From the IMG/VR virus record IMGVR_UViG_2684623024_000001, positions 4,207-68,206 of that record: 64,000 nucleotides of DNA. One strand, 5' to 3'. The position numbers were made by a program, and so were the translations under genes. Source of the DNA: a virus. Taxonomy: Duplodnaviria; Caudoviricetes. A model generated the notes under the pieces. That model did no database searches. It saw only the letters and a list, made by a program, of their open reading frames with translations, and was not told the origin of the DNA. Shown here piece after piece: positions 28,230 through 38,077 of this stretch. The number at the start of each line of letters is the position of its first letter. The stretch's first letter is position 1.

Positions 28230-30350
28230 TCACTGCCACTCGATGACGATCCGGTTGAGGGCATTGTCGAACGCGAATCGTCCCGGCGCCGAGACCGGCG
28301 GTGCACCATCGAGCTTCTGGACTTCGAAGGCCACGTCGCGCTCGCGGAAACCGCGATCCCATACGCCCATCTCTTCGGCCACCCGATCCGCGAGCTCCTT
28401 TCCTGCCGGACCGTGGCCGATGGCTCCCGCCTCGTACAACTGCCCGCCGTCCTCGGCAAGACCAGCCTTCCGCAGCGTGAGGTAGGCGAAGCTGCTTTGT
28501 TCCGCTACCGCCATGGGCCGGAACCCGTCGGCCAGGTTGCTGGCCCCGGCGCCGTTGCGATCGACTTCCATCCGGCTGAGGGCGTTGTCCAGGCTGCACG
28601 ACAGCCAGAGCCACATGTACTCCGGCGACTCAGACCCCCGGAACGTCACGCCCGACCACGCTTCGGTTCCCGGCTGGTCGAGCACGCCGCGCAGCGCCTC
28701 GTCCGCCTTCTGCTCCTGGTTGAACTGGAGCTTGACTGCGCCGTCGTCGGTCAGGGCGACAAGGCGCCGCGGGTCATCAGCTACGCCTGCCCGCAGCGGC
28801 ATGAACGTGCACATCGCACTGCGGACGCTACGCCAGCGGCCATCTGCGTCCCGCTCGAAGGCGACAGCACGCGAGACGCTGCCCCGCAGCCGGAGCGGCA
28901 CGACGAGGCGGCCGTCGGACGCGAGCTGGTCGAGCCAGGCCGACGGGATGCCGTGAGCACCAACGGTCGCGACGATCCGGTCATAGGGAGCGCCCTCCGG
29001 GTGGCCGACCGCGCCGTCTCCGAGGATTACGGTCACGACGTCGGCGAATCCGGCTTCTTCGACGGCCGCTTGGGCGTTGTCCACGAGGTCCTGGTCCACG
29101 TCGATCGTGTAGACGTGCCCCTCTTCACCGACCAGACGTCCCATGGTCGAGGCGAACAGGCCGCTGCCGGCGCCGCCTTCCAGGATCCTCATGCCCGGCT
29201 TCGCTTCGGTGAGTTCCAGCATGAGGGCGTTGACCGACGGCTGGGAGACGGCGCTGATGGACGCACCGGAGCTGTCGAACTTGGTGTGGACCGGGGTGTC
29301 GGCGTACGCCTCTTCGAGGGTGGCGCCAGGTTTCGACTGGCGTACGAACACGTGTCGAGGTACTGCCCGAAGAGCGGCTTCGATGTCGTCGCTGTGCACG
29401 CGCCCATCGGCCTTGAGCTGGTCGACCAGCTTATTGCGGAGGTTCTCGGCAGCGGTGTTGTCGTTGATCGTGTCGGTATCCACGCCGGTGAGGCTAGCGG
29501 CGTCAGCGGCCGTGCCTGATGCAGACGCGGCGGATTCGCTCGTTCCCATGACTACCTCTTTCGCCAGGTTTGACAAGGTGCTTTGGTCCTCACTGCTGAG
29601 GCCCAATCGGTTCCAGTGGAAGATCAGGTGGTGGGCGAGTACCGCTCGAAACCCGCGTTCCAGCCGTCCAAGGCGGTGGAGGCGAGCGAGCCGCTGCCCT
29701 GCCCACTCGAACGTGGCAAGCCAGTCGGCCAGTCCCGCCAGCGGGCCTCCGTCGACGAGCCTGCTGGTGGCGCTGACATCGACGGTCATGAGCTGTCGCA
29801 CAGCCTTCGCGGCCCGGTCGGACACGGGCGCGACCGCCGTGCCTTGTCGTTCAGCGGCCACCCTCGCCCATACGTCGCCCTGCTCGAAACGATCCAGGCC
29901 CGCGGAGCGCATGAAAACGCTGAACAGCAGGATCGCCAGCTCGCGCCGTCCCAGGCTCGGCGCCTCGGGGGCTTCCCGCACAGCGGCGGCGAATTCGAGG
30001 ATGTGGCGGCTGTCGTGGTGAAACAGCTCGTGGGCCAGCTTCATCCCGGCGGCGCCGCCGAATGCCACCGTCTCCGGCTCGTAGATCCCCACCGTCCACT
30101 CGCTGACTAAGCCCTCGGCCCGCAGGCGTTCCAAGAGGCTGTCCAGGCGTGTGGAAGCCCGATCGTCAGTGGGCTCATACCGGATCCGCCAGCACGGGAA
30201 TTTGCGCAGGAACGACCACTGCGCGATCTCGCCCTCCGCTGCACCGACCTCAAGCTCGGGCAGAAGGTGTTCGGCGGCGAGCTGTTCGGAGTCCGGCCAG
30301 GTGGCGAACTGGACGAGGCGCTGCGGCCACTCGTCAGGTGCCATATTCAC
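28230..30350 (-). CDS. fxlM: Glutamyl-lyase (thiopeptide-type elimination) domain fused to FxLD-system L-isoaspartate O-methyltransferase (LanS-type)
   Basis: N-terminal WSFLRK...YEPETVAFGG...HHLIFHWNRLG; C-terminal PIMT VPRH...SQPS...LEGGAGSG...PYDRI. Confidence 0.88.
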   Translation of the reverse strand: MNMAPDEWPQRLVQFATWPDSEQLAAEHLLPELEVGAAEGEIAQWSFLRKFPCWRIRYEPTDDRASTRLDSLLERLRAEGLVSEWTVGIYEPETVAFGGAAGMKLAHELFHHDSRHILEFAAAVREAPEAPSLGRRELAILLFSVFMRSAGLDRFEQGDVWARVAAERQGTAVAPVSDRAAKAVRQLMTVDVSATSRLVDGGPLAGLADWLATFEWAGQRLARLHRLGRLERGFRAVLAHHLIFHWNRLGLSSEDQSTLSNLAKEVVMGTSESAASASGTAADAASLTGVDTDTINDNTAAENLRNKLVDQLKADGRVHSDDIEAALRAVPRHVFVRQSKPGATLEEAYADTPVHTKFDSSGASISAVSQPSVNALMLELTEAKPGMRILEGGAGSGLFASTMGRLVGEEGHVYTIDVDQDLVDNAQAAVEEAGFADVVTVILGDGAVGHPEGAPYDRIVATVGAHGIPSAWLDQLASDGRLVVPLRLRGSVSRAVAFERDADGRWRSVRSAMCTFMPLRAGVADDPRRLVALTDDGAVKLQFNQEQKADEALRGVLDQPGTEAWSGVTFRGSESPEYMWLWLSCSLDNALSRMEVDRNGAGASNLADGFRPMAVAEQSSFAYLTLRKAGLAEDGGQLYEAGAIGHGPAGKELADRVAEEMGVWDRGFRERDVAFEVQKLDGAPPVSAPGRFAFDNALNRIVIEWQ

Positions 30351-30371
30351 TGTTGCCTCTCGTCGTACGGG

Positions 30372-31640
30372 TCAGTTGATCAAGAAGCATGTGTCCCAGC
30401 CGGATATGGGGGGCGTGCCTGTCTGCGTCGCGTGCAGAGCGAGAGCCACGCCGGCTGCGCCTTCGAGCAGTCCGATGTCGCCGGGCCCGTTCGGCGGCCG
30501 AAGAAGCGATGTGGCCAGAGCATCTGGCTCGACGTGTGTGATGGGAGCGAGCAGGCGAGGCAGGTGCTCGGCGAGGACGGGCTTGATCGCGTCCGCCGCC
30601 ATGCTCCGCGTGATGTGCGCCAGTCCCGCAAATCCGTGACAGATGGAGTGATCTCCAGTCGCTTGCAGCTGTTCCGGATCTGTCATCGCGTGTGCCATGG
30701 CGCTCTCGGCCATCTGTTGCCGCTCTGTGTCGCCCGTCGCGATTCCAGCGAGTTGCAAAGCTCGGGCAATGCCCGCTGTTCCGTAGCACCAGCTCGGGCG
30801 TGAGGGGCCGTTGCCGGCATCGCCGGAGCGAAGCTGCTCTCGGGTGATCCAGTAGGGCCACCAGGGTCCGGCTGGTCCGTCCTGACGCCATCGATCCAGC
30901 CATGCGCAGGTCCGGCTGATTGCCTCGGCCTGTCCGTCGACAGTGACACCGCGCCGTGCGGCGATCGACAGAAGAGCGAGTGGGCCACCGATGCCGTGCG
31001 CTACGCCCGTGTTGGCGTGGCCTTGAGGGAATTCCGGTGACGGCTTGCCGGAGGGGGCCAGGTCGCACCACCAGCCGGGTAGGAGCTCGCCGGAGCTTTC
31101 GATCGGTTCGGTGAGCCGGACCAGGTAGGAAAGGACAGCTCGTGCCAGGTCGACTTGGCCCTCGCGCCTGAGCAGAAGAGCACCGAGGCCGCTCAGGCCC
31201 CGAATGGTGTCGAACTCCGCCAGCGCGGGCAGCTGCCCACAGTCCATTCGGAGATGTGCACGCTCCAGCCGGTGACGCGTCATGTTCTCGATGTGCCGGT
31301 CGAGGGTGTCCAGGGCGCGGGCATACCGCTCGGGCCGGTCTGCCGCGGCGTTCAGAGCGAAGGCGAGCGCGGGGGCGCCGTAGTAGAGGTGACCGTCCGC
31401 GCCGCCGACGGCTGGGGCTTCAGCGGCGCAGGTGAGCCAGTCGTGAGCGCGTTTCCACGACGCGATGCCGGAGCGTGCCCGCTCGATGTGTAAGAGAGCG
31501 ACGCCTGCGGCGCCGTACGCCAGAGACTGCGGAAACCAGCCCTGTGTGAGTTCAAGCCCGCGCACATCGGCCGGTGAAGCCAAGCGATCGGCGATGGCGT
31601 CGGCTGCTGCCTGCACCCTGAGATCTGACGTTTCGGTCAT
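30372..31640 (-). CDS. lanC: Lanthionine cyclase
   Basis: GVAHG, SWCYG, SICHG Zn-ligand motifs; GLLEG. Confidence 0.95.
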   Translation of the reverse strand: MTETSDLRVQAAADAIADRLASPADVRGLELTQGWFPQSLAYGAAGVALLHIERARSGIASWKRAHDWLTCAAEAPAVGGADGHLYYGAPALAFALNAAADRPERYARALDTLDRHIENMTRHRLERAHLRMDCGQLPALAEFDTIRGLSGLGALLLRREGQVDLARAVLSYLVRLTEPIESSGELLPGWWCDLAPSGKPSPEFPQGHANTGVAHGIGGPLALLSIAARRGVTVDGQAEAISRTCAWLDRWRQDGPAGPWWPYWITREQLRSGDAGNGPSRPSWCYGTAGIARALQLAGIATGDTERQQMAESAMAHAMTDPEQLQATGDHSICHGFAGLAHITRSMAADAIKPVLAEHLPRLLAPITHVEPDALATSLLRPPNGPGDIGLLEGAAGVALALHATQTGTPPISGWDTCFLIN

Positions 31641-34600
31641 GAATGCCGCGCTTTCCAGGCGAGCGCAGCGGCACGAGCCAGCCTCAGGCATGTGCGCTCG
31701 TCGTCTTTGTCGATGCCGGCGGCTCGGATGTGGTGGCCATGGAGGAGCGAATCAAGGATGGTGTCGGGGTTCACGTCCTCGGCCTGGCGTAATAGCTCCC
31801 GATACTGGCCCAGGGCGCGGTCGCGGGCTGCCCACTGGGCGTAGATCGTCTCTCCGCCGGGGGCTGCACGGAGTCCGGCCCAGTTGTCCGAGGGGTCAGC
31901 CAGCCGTACCGCCTCCGCGAGCACGTGTCGATCCAGCGGTTCGGAAGCGTCAATCTTGCCGTATCTGATCATCCAGTCCATGCCCTCGCGCGAGCCGCCG
32001 GAGAAGGCCACCGCGATGGCTACGAGGTTGCTGGCTGCGAGGACCTGCGGGTGGGGGCCGCCTGGTAGGGCGAACTGTTGGGCCAGACAGTGTGAGTCGG
32101 CGGCGAAGACGGCCTCGACGGCTTGCATGGCTGCCCCGCGTCCCCACCTTCCGGTCTCGGGATAGGAGGTGGCGAATTGCAGGTCGCTGAGCAAGCCTTC
32201 CTCACGAAGACCATCCGCCCACCTGCTGATGCGCGCGGCGGCCTGGCCGAAGGCTGCGGGGTCAGGAAGAGCAACCCTCAGGCGAATGTGCGGGCGCGGG
32301 TCGCGATACCTCATGTACCACCACGCTGGCGGCTGGTCCCATTGCGCGAGGAGCTGCGGGAGGTAGTGGCCCAGGATTTCTGGCTGCCGCTCGTTGTGCC
32401 CGTACAGCTTGGCCATAAGCCATTCGGATCCGCCGGGCAGGCGCCCGTGGCCACGTCCAATGAGGCGGGAAGCGGAGACAGCTGGTGCGGCGGGCCACTG
32501 CGGGGGAGCGGCTGCCGTCATCGGAACGGTGATCTCGTGGGCATGGCCACCGAACCAGGTGCTGGTGCCCTGGGGGGCTTCGGTGAGCACCGCGCGCTCG
32601 GAAGCGTCCAGGTGCGAGCGCAGGAGTTCGAGGTGTGCGCTGTGCCCGAGGTCCAGGTGCAGAAGTCGGTCGCCCTCGGTCAGGTAGACCGAGTTCGGGA
32701 GCCGGCGTTGCTCTGCCCACCTTTGCAGCTCCTCGCGCCACTCTTTCCACGGAGCAGCGCGGCTGGGCAGTTCGGAGCGCGTCAGTCGCCACCTGGCCGG
32801 CGAGAGGACCGTTCGGCCGTAGCGCAGGCGCGGAAGGAACGGGAGCCGATCAGCAATGCCCCACGTGAAGCCGGTGACGACGGCGGCCTGCGCTTTGCCG
32901 ATCTCGCTGAGGAACCGGGCCAAGGGCGGGGTGTGTGTTCGCAGGTCGAGAGCGTGTAGTGCGTAGGCGTCCACTCGGGCCTTTCGGGATACCGAAGCCA
33001 GGTAGAGGCGACGTCGGTCGCAGCCCACTGCGAGATCGCCCAGCGGAATCACGCTCGGGCTTGCTGGTCGGTGTTCCGCCACGCTGATGATCTCGGGGGC
33101 CAATGCGGGCGCGCGGGTTACGTGGGCGTCGCTCGGGTCGAGCGGTGCAAAGGAGAGCTGGGCCAGCCGCGTACCGGGATCGGTCGTCGGCAGTTGCGCG
33201 ATTTCACGGGCTGCTCGGGCTCGATCAGATTCGTCCAGCAAACCGATGAAGCGACCGGACAGGGTACCGACGCCGCGGGAGGCACTGATGACAGAGAGCG
33301 TGAAGTCGCCGCTGTCGAGTGCGTGGACCGACTCGGCGTGAAGTTGGAACCGCAGCTCGAAGTGAGGAGGGATCTGCACCCTCTTCCGGTCCCCAAGCTG
33401 TAGCTCGGTGATCGTTTGCCCATCGAGCTGGACCTCGTCGCGACCGTCGAGCGCGGCGCTTTGGGCCAGGGCAAGAAGCTGGTGATCGCGCGTGCTCACC
33501 GGCCCTTCCGGCTCGGGCTCTCCATCGAGGTATCCAGCAGGGAACCCAAGACCGATGTCGGGGTCAACGACGTCCCGGAGCGGGACGAGAGAGCCGATCC
33601 CGTACCGCTCAAAGAACCTGTTGTGGTACTCCTTCCACGCCGCAGTCCCGAACGGCCAGGCAGTCAGCTGCGCCAACGCCGTCGCTGCCGATTCGGCTTC
33701 ACGGCGAACCCCCCGCGGGAGGGTGAGTGAGCAGTCCACACGCAGGTCCACCGCCAGGGGCTGAGAGGCGACGGCGCTCACGTCCGTCATCAGGCCCCGC
33801 AGCTCGGCGCGCAGACACCGGCTGGCGGGACCGGTGCCTACCTGGTTGTGCTCGTTCATGCGACGGCGAACAGAGCGGAGACGACCAACGATCTCACTGG
33901 CCTCAGGCACGTCTTCGATACGGGCCGCTTCCACCTGATCCATGAGGTGAGCGAAGGCGTCGAACGTGGTCGACGGCGCATGGAGGCTGGTGATCAGGGC
34001 TCCGTGTTCCACCAGGGTCTCGATGAGGGGAGCAATCTTGCCCGCTGCCTTGGGGAACTCGGCGGCCACCTTCTCCACCAGCTCGTCGTAGCGGACCGGC
34101 GCTCGGGCAGCTTCGACCGCTACCCGGACTGGTGCGGTGTACCTCAGGCGCGCCTCGGCCACGGCACCACCTTCCACGGAGCGACGCGGGGACGGGTATG
34201 GAACGACCAGCCGGTTGCCCCGTAAGAACACCGCTGCATTTGCCATGAGCGGCAGCCGACACAGCACCTCCGGCACGGCTTCCAGCTGGCCGATGACGTC
34301 ACTGAGCCAGGCGGCATCAGCACGGGCAAGAGCACGGTGCCGTTCGCCCCAACGAACCGCGGTCTCGGCGCCGAATTCGGCCGGCGCCACACCAGCGAAC
34401 AGTCCGAAAGGTGTGGCCCGACTCGTCATCCGCAGCACGTATCGGATCACGGACAGAACCATTCGGCGCGCCTGCCGTACGTCCAAGCGCGCGTCGGAGC
34501 ACACCGCTCCCACCTGCTTTGCAAGGTCCGGGCTCGCCAGCTCGATCGCTTCGGCAACCGCGGACAACGCCCAGACTTCAGCCAGCCATTCGCGCCACCG

Positions 34601-34729
34601 CTGCACCTGTCCGGGCGAATCGTCAGCCATGTCCGGCCAGGCTGGCAGGTCCAGTTCGGACCAACAGGCGGCCCGTACGAGCACCGACTCACCACACCGA
34701 TACAGCTGTCGGCTACGTCTCGAAGCCAT
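31637..34729 (-). CDS. lanB: Class I lanthipeptide dehydratase
   Basis: 1030 aa; RMTSRATPFGLFAG, LPFLPRLRYG, WWYMRYRDPRPHIRLR. Confidence 0.95.
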   Translation of the reverse strand: MASRRSRQLYRCGESVLVRAACWSELDLPAWPDMADDSPGQVQRWREWLAEVWALSAVAEAIELASPDLAKQVGAVCSDARLDVRQARRMVLSVIRYVLRMTSRATPFGLFAGVAPAEFGAETAVRWGERHRALARADAAWLSDVIGQLEAVPEVLCRLPLMANAAVFLRGNRLVVPYPSPRRSVEGGAVAEARLRYTAPVRVAVEAARAPVRYDELVEKVAAEFPKAAGKIAPLIETLVEHGALITSLHAPSTTFDAFAHLMDQVEAARIEDVPEASEIVGRLRSVRRRMNEHNQVGTGPASRCLRAELRGLMTDVSAVASQPLAVDLRVDCSLTLPRGVRREAESAATALAQLTAWPFGTAAWKEYHNRFFERYGIGSLVPLRDVVDPDIGLGFPAGYLDGEPEPEGPVSTRDHQLLALAQSAALDGRDEVQLDGQTITELQLGDRKRVQIPPHFELRFQLHAESVHALDSGDFTLSVISASRGVGTLSGRFIGLLDESDRARAAREIAQLPTTDPGTRLAQLSFAPLDPSDAHVTRAPALAPEIISVAEHRPASPSVIPLGDLAVGCDRRRLYLASVSRKARVDAYALHALDLRTHTPPLARFLSEIGKAQAAVVTGFTWGIADRLPFLPRLRYGRTVLSPARWRLTRSELPSRAAPWKEWREELQRWAEQRRLPNSVYLTEGDRLLHLDLGHSAHLELLRSHLDASERAVLTEAPQGTSTWFGGHAHEITVPMTAAAPPQWPAAPAVSASRLIGRGHGRLPGGSEWLMAKLYGHNERQPEILGHYLPQLLAQWDQPPAWWYMRYRDPRPHIRLRVALPDPAAFGQAAARISRWADGLREEGLLSDLQFATSYPETGRWGRGAAMQAVEAVFAADSHCLAQQFALPGGPHPQVLAASNLVAIAVAFSGGSREGMDWMIRYGKIDASEPLDRHVLAEAVRLADPSDNWAGLRAAPGGETIYAQWAARDRALGQYRELLRQAEDVNPDTILDSLLHGHHIRAAGIDKDDERTCLRLARAAALAWKARHS

Positions 34730-34761
34730 GTGCTCCCTCCCTCGTAAGCCCTTCAGCCAGG

Positions 34762-34801
34762 TGCCGGTTCGGGCAGCGGCGTACCACTGCCCGAACCGGC
34801 A
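34762..34801 (-). terminator. Stem-loop between precursor genes and lanB
   Basis: TGCCGGTTCGGGCAG...CTGCCCGAACCGGCA inverted repeat. Confidence 0.65.
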
Positions 34802-34820
34802 TGGACTAGCGCCCCTGTGG

Positions 34821-34967
34821 TCAGGCCACCTTGGTGGCGCACGCGCTGGGGCACGAGCTGCCGCAGCCGTCGTCCGTCAGCACGATCAGCCGACCGTCAT
34901 CGACGCCGGACTCCAGAACGCTGACGTCCAGGTCGAACTCGTCCTTCATCTCCACTTTCATCTCCAC
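34821..34967 (-). CDS. lanA: FxLD-family lanthipeptide precursor A2 (48 aa)
   Basis: GGAGG RBS; MEMKVEMKDEFDLDVSVLE...TDDGCGSSCPSACATKVA. Confidence 0.92.
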   Translation of the reverse strand: MEMKVEMKDEFDLDVSVLESGVDDGRLIVLTDDGCGSSCPSACATKVA

Positions 34968-35083
34968 GGGGTTTCCTCCAAGGGTTGAGGCCGATCCGAA
35001 GGTTCGGCTCGGTGAGCCGGTTCCGCCGTCGCCGACGGCGCCCAGAACACGTTGGCGTCGGTCCTGGGAGTTCGAGGTGTTGC

Positions 35084-35257
35084 TCAGGCAGCGTTGCTGA
35101 CACACGAGGTGCCGCAGGTGCTCCCACAACCACCGTCGGAGGCCACGAGTTCGATGGTGGTCTTACCAGCGTCCAAGACGGTGATGTCCAGATCGAACGG
35201 GTCCTGAGCGACGGCGCCGGTGGACTCCGGCTGCCCTTCCAGCGTGCTGAGCATCAT
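35084..35257 (-). CDS. lanA: FxLD-family lanthipeptide precursor A1 (57 aa, not in ORF track)
   Basis: Hand-translated MMLSTLEGQPESTGAVAQDPFDLDITVLDAGKTTIELVASDGGCGSTCGTSCVSNAA; GGAGGT RBS. Confidence 0.92.
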   Translation of the reverse strand: MMLSTLEGQPESTGAVAQDPFDLDITVLDAGKTTIELVASDGGCGSTCGTSCVSNAA

Positions 35258-35464
35258 GGTGATACCTCCGTTGACTGGTCGAGACGATCTTGCGGTGTTG
35301 CAGATAGCCGGTCAGGCCCTGGAGCGTAGTGAGATAGCCACACCGCCCAGGCAGTTCCGGCCACCGGTCCGAGGTGCCATGCACCACCAGCTGGAGCGTG
35401 CGGGGCCGCTTCCCCCGGACCGGGGTTCAGGTGTGCCGCCGACGCTCACCGCGGCGGCCGTCGT

Positions 35465-36385
35465 TCATGCCACAGCCACTTCGAGCTGGTGGTTGAGCAC
35501 ATCAGAGAGGATGTCGGCGTCGAGCGTGAGGCGGACAACGTGGTGATCCGAGTCCGCCTCCGGGACCTCGATCACGTCAACGCCGACCACAGTTCCCAAC
35601 AGGTCGCTCGTGGCGTAGATGCGGTCGATGCGTGAGTCCGGACCGTGGGTCTCGCAACCGTTGACCGTGCGAGAAAGCGCCTTCGCGCTCCCATCCCGCG
35701 TGTTCGCCCAGTGGCGCGCGACATCCTCCAGCCCCGCCGTGCGCAGCGCCTCGTCCGGGCGGGTGTCCATGACGCGCCTGCCGCCGGGCCCAACGAAGGA
35801 TCGGTGCAAGCGGTGCGGCCGGTCGGCTATGGCCTTCAGTTCCGGCAAGGCGACGTCTCCCTCTACACCCGGTGAGGGGTACGAGTTGTTGTCCCCAGCC
35901 AGGAGAGCTGGCATCCGCACGGTCTCGCCGTCGGCCGTCGTCCACGTCTTGTCGGCCCAGACCGTGAGCCATTCGGCCTCGGCGAGCCGGGTGGTCGGGG
36001 AGGCGTAGTTCAGGTGGTACGAGGCCACCGCGATCGGCATGGATCGACTGCCCGCCGGCGTGAACCGCAAAGTCATGGCTGTCGGAGGCAGCACCCACAT
36101 TGGGCCGGTCTGCGGCCACTCTCTCAGCGGCTGGAACTTGCGGGGGTCGGCGAACACCGCAGTGCACGCCCGCGGGCCCAGCCAGCCGCGCAGGCCGAGG
36201 ACATCCTCCAGCTCGTACATGATCTCGTTGCCGTTGGCGTCCGCTCCCCACATCTCCTGCCGGAGGACGAGGTGCGGGTTGAGGGATACAAGCAACTCGT
36301 GCGCCCGGAGCCTCTTCGCTGCAATGCCCGCACCATTGCGCTCGAAGTTCCAGGACAGGACGGTAATTTGGGGCTTCCGGTTCAT
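35465..36385 (-). CDS. Endonuclease/exonuclease/phosphatase (EEP) family protein
   Basis: SWN, LRQE, SYHL, AGDNN, RIDRIY, SDH motifs. Confidence 0.88.
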   Translation of the reverse strand: MNRKPQITVLSWNFERNGAGIAAKRLRAHELLVSLNPHLVLRQEMWGADANGNEIMYELEDVLGLRGWLGPRACTAVFADPRKFQPLREWPQTGPMWVLPPTAMTLRFTPAGSRSMPIAVASYHLNYASPTTRLAEAEWLTVWADKTWTTADGETVRMPALLAGDNNSYPSPGVEGDVALPELKAIADRPHRLHRSFVGPGGRRVMDTRPDEALRTAGLEDVARHWANTRDGSAKALSRTVNGCETHGPDSRIDRIYATSDLLGTVVGVDVIEVPEADSDHHVVRLTLDADILSDVLNHQLEVAVA

Positions 36386-36403
36386 TGGTGGTCGCCTCCC
36401 GAG

Positions 36404-37330
36404 TTAGGCAGCCGTGGCGGCGCTGGGTGCCAGTGCGCGGCGCACACCGGAGAGGCTGAAGGTGGCCACGACGGGACAGTGATCGGACGCTTCACGGATC
36501 TCGTCGTTGACGATGACTTCCAGGCTCGTCAGGGCCTGGGTGACCTGCGGCGTGGCGTAGATCCGGTCGATGCGCTGCATCTCGCCTTGGTCCCTGCGCC
36601 ACAGGGACGCGGTCGGAGAGAGCGCGCCGGGCTGGCGCAGCCGCGTTGCGGCGTACTGCCCCAACTCGACGAACACCGGAGGCCGGCCGTGGTGCGTACC
36701 GGCGAGGATGTGATCCGGACGCGTGTCGGAAACGCGCTGCCCATCCCGGTCGACCGTGCGGTGCTCGAAGTGACTGCGATCCTCCACCTCGTCCCAGTCC
36801 GGAAGGAAGGCCGCCTCATCCTCACTGTGCGGATAGGAGTTGCAGTCGCCACCGATGATCGCCGCCATGCCAGGCTTGCCCAGGGTGGTCAACCGCCGCG
36901 CCTCGTTGACTCGCCGGTCGGGATCGAAGGAGCAGAGGTGGAACGACGCGAGACTCAGGTTTGTCTGGGCACCCTTCAGCCGCACGACAGGGTTGCAGAT
37001 GGGATGCCACATGCCGGTCGCGTGCTCGTAGAACTCGGTCGGCTCGCACAGGCCCGGATCGGTGTAGACGCCGGTCGCGTTTGCGGACTCCGGTGTGGCG
37101 CTGGCGAGGAACGCGCTGTGGCCTCCCAGACGAGCGGCCTCAGCCCACACCGCGCGCCTGCCGTACATGTCCGCGCGGGTCAGCTCCTGGCGCAACAGCA
37201 CATGGGGCTTGAGAGCAGCAAGGACGTCCATGGCGAGATGCCAGCGTTCGTCCGAGCCATCACGGCCGGTGCCGTTGTGCTCGACGTTCCACGAGACCAC
37301 GCGGAAGGCATCGTCATCGGACATACTCAA
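36404..37330 (-). CDS. Endonuclease/exonuclease/phosphatase (EEP) family protein
   Basis: SWNV, LRQE, SFHL, GGDCN, RIDRIY, SDH motifs. Confidence 0.88.
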   Translation of the reverse strand: MSMSDDDAFRVVSWNVEHNGTGRDGSDERWHLAMDVLAALKPHVLLRQELTRADMYGRRAVWAEAARLGGHSAFLASATPESANATGVYTDPGLCEPTEFYEHATGMWHPICNPVVRLKGAQTNLSLASFHLCSFDPDRRVNEARRLTTLGKPGMAAIIGGDCNSYPHSEDEAAFLPDWDEVEDRSHFEHRTVDRDGQRVSDTRPDHILAGTHHGRPPVFVELGQYAATRLRQPGALSPTASLWRRDQGEMQRIDRIYATPQVTQALTSLEVIVNDEIREASDHCPVVATFSLSGVRRALAPSAATAA

Positions 37331-37390
37331 GGAGTCCCCCTCAAGGTGGATTGATGAAGGCGGTCAGCAAGCAGGGCGGAGGAAGCGGGG

Positions 37391-38077
37391 TCAAGAGCGA
37401 GCAGCCGCGACCTCCCGTTCGAGATCAACGACAGTGACGCCACGCAGCTCGCGCACGAGCTGGGAGGCCAGAAACCAGGGCCTGAGCAGACGTTCCTTGT
37501 AGGGCAGGGGCGTGTCCTCGTCCTCGTCACTGACCTTCACGGGCACGGGCCGGAGATCAGGTCCAGTCGTATAGAGAGTGCCGATCACCCCGTACAGGCG
37601 CGGCACACGTACCCGAAGCACCACAGCCCCCGCCCTCACCACGTGGCCACACTGCTCGACCGCAACCACAGCGCAATCAAGGCAGAGAGGCGGCTGCCAG
37701 GTAAGGGCGCCCTCCGGCCAATCCGGCTTCACAGAACCATCTGGCCTCGTCGCCAGGAACAGGTAACCTCTGGCGGTATGGCTGGCCCGTTGGACGACAC
37801 ACACCTGGCACCGGAGGCCCCGCATCGTCTCGCGCTGCCGAGACGGATGTACATCCCCCCATCGCGGAGACCCGGCCGGCCAACCGTCTTCGAGAATCTG
37901 GGAACAGCGGGCCCAGAGGATCCCTTGGTCGTCCCGGTCCCTAGGGCTCTCGTCCAGGTAGCAGATTCCTCTGCCGCCGGGGCGAAGCCCGAGCATTGCG
38001 GCAGATTCTGGGTCCTCGCCACGCCGAGCGGTGATGTACGGGACAACGGCATACCAGGGCATGGGAAGAGTAGTCAT
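37391..38077 (-). CDS. hypothetical Cys-containing protein
   Basis: VVPYIT...HPSRQ...CQVC...PPLCLDCA...CGH. Confidence 0.7.
   Translation of the reverse strand: MTTLPMPWYAVVPYITARRGEDPESAAMLGLRPGGRGICYLDESPRDRDDQGILWARCSQILEDGWPAGSPRWGDVHPSRQRETMRGLRCQVCVVQRASHTARGYLFLATRPDGSVKPDWPEGALTWQPPLCLDCAVVAVEQCGHVVRAGAVVLRVRVPRLYGVIGTLYTTGPDLRPVPVKVSDEDEDTPLPYKERLLRPWFLASQLVRELRGVTVVDLEREVAAARS

Noticed and set aside
26486-28246. Long plus-strand ORFs (for example 586 aa here, 529 aa at 22210, 481 aa at 57666)
   Set aside because: Antisense shadows of motif-bearing minus-strand genes, typical of high-GC codon bias
30129-30139. Extra CCAAGAGG motif copy
   Set aside because: Partial match inside a CDS, not near a start codon
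35258-35464. Third precursor or structured RNA upstream of lanA1
   Set aside because: No FxLD/Cys-Ser-Thr ORF with an RBS, and no recognisable RNA family
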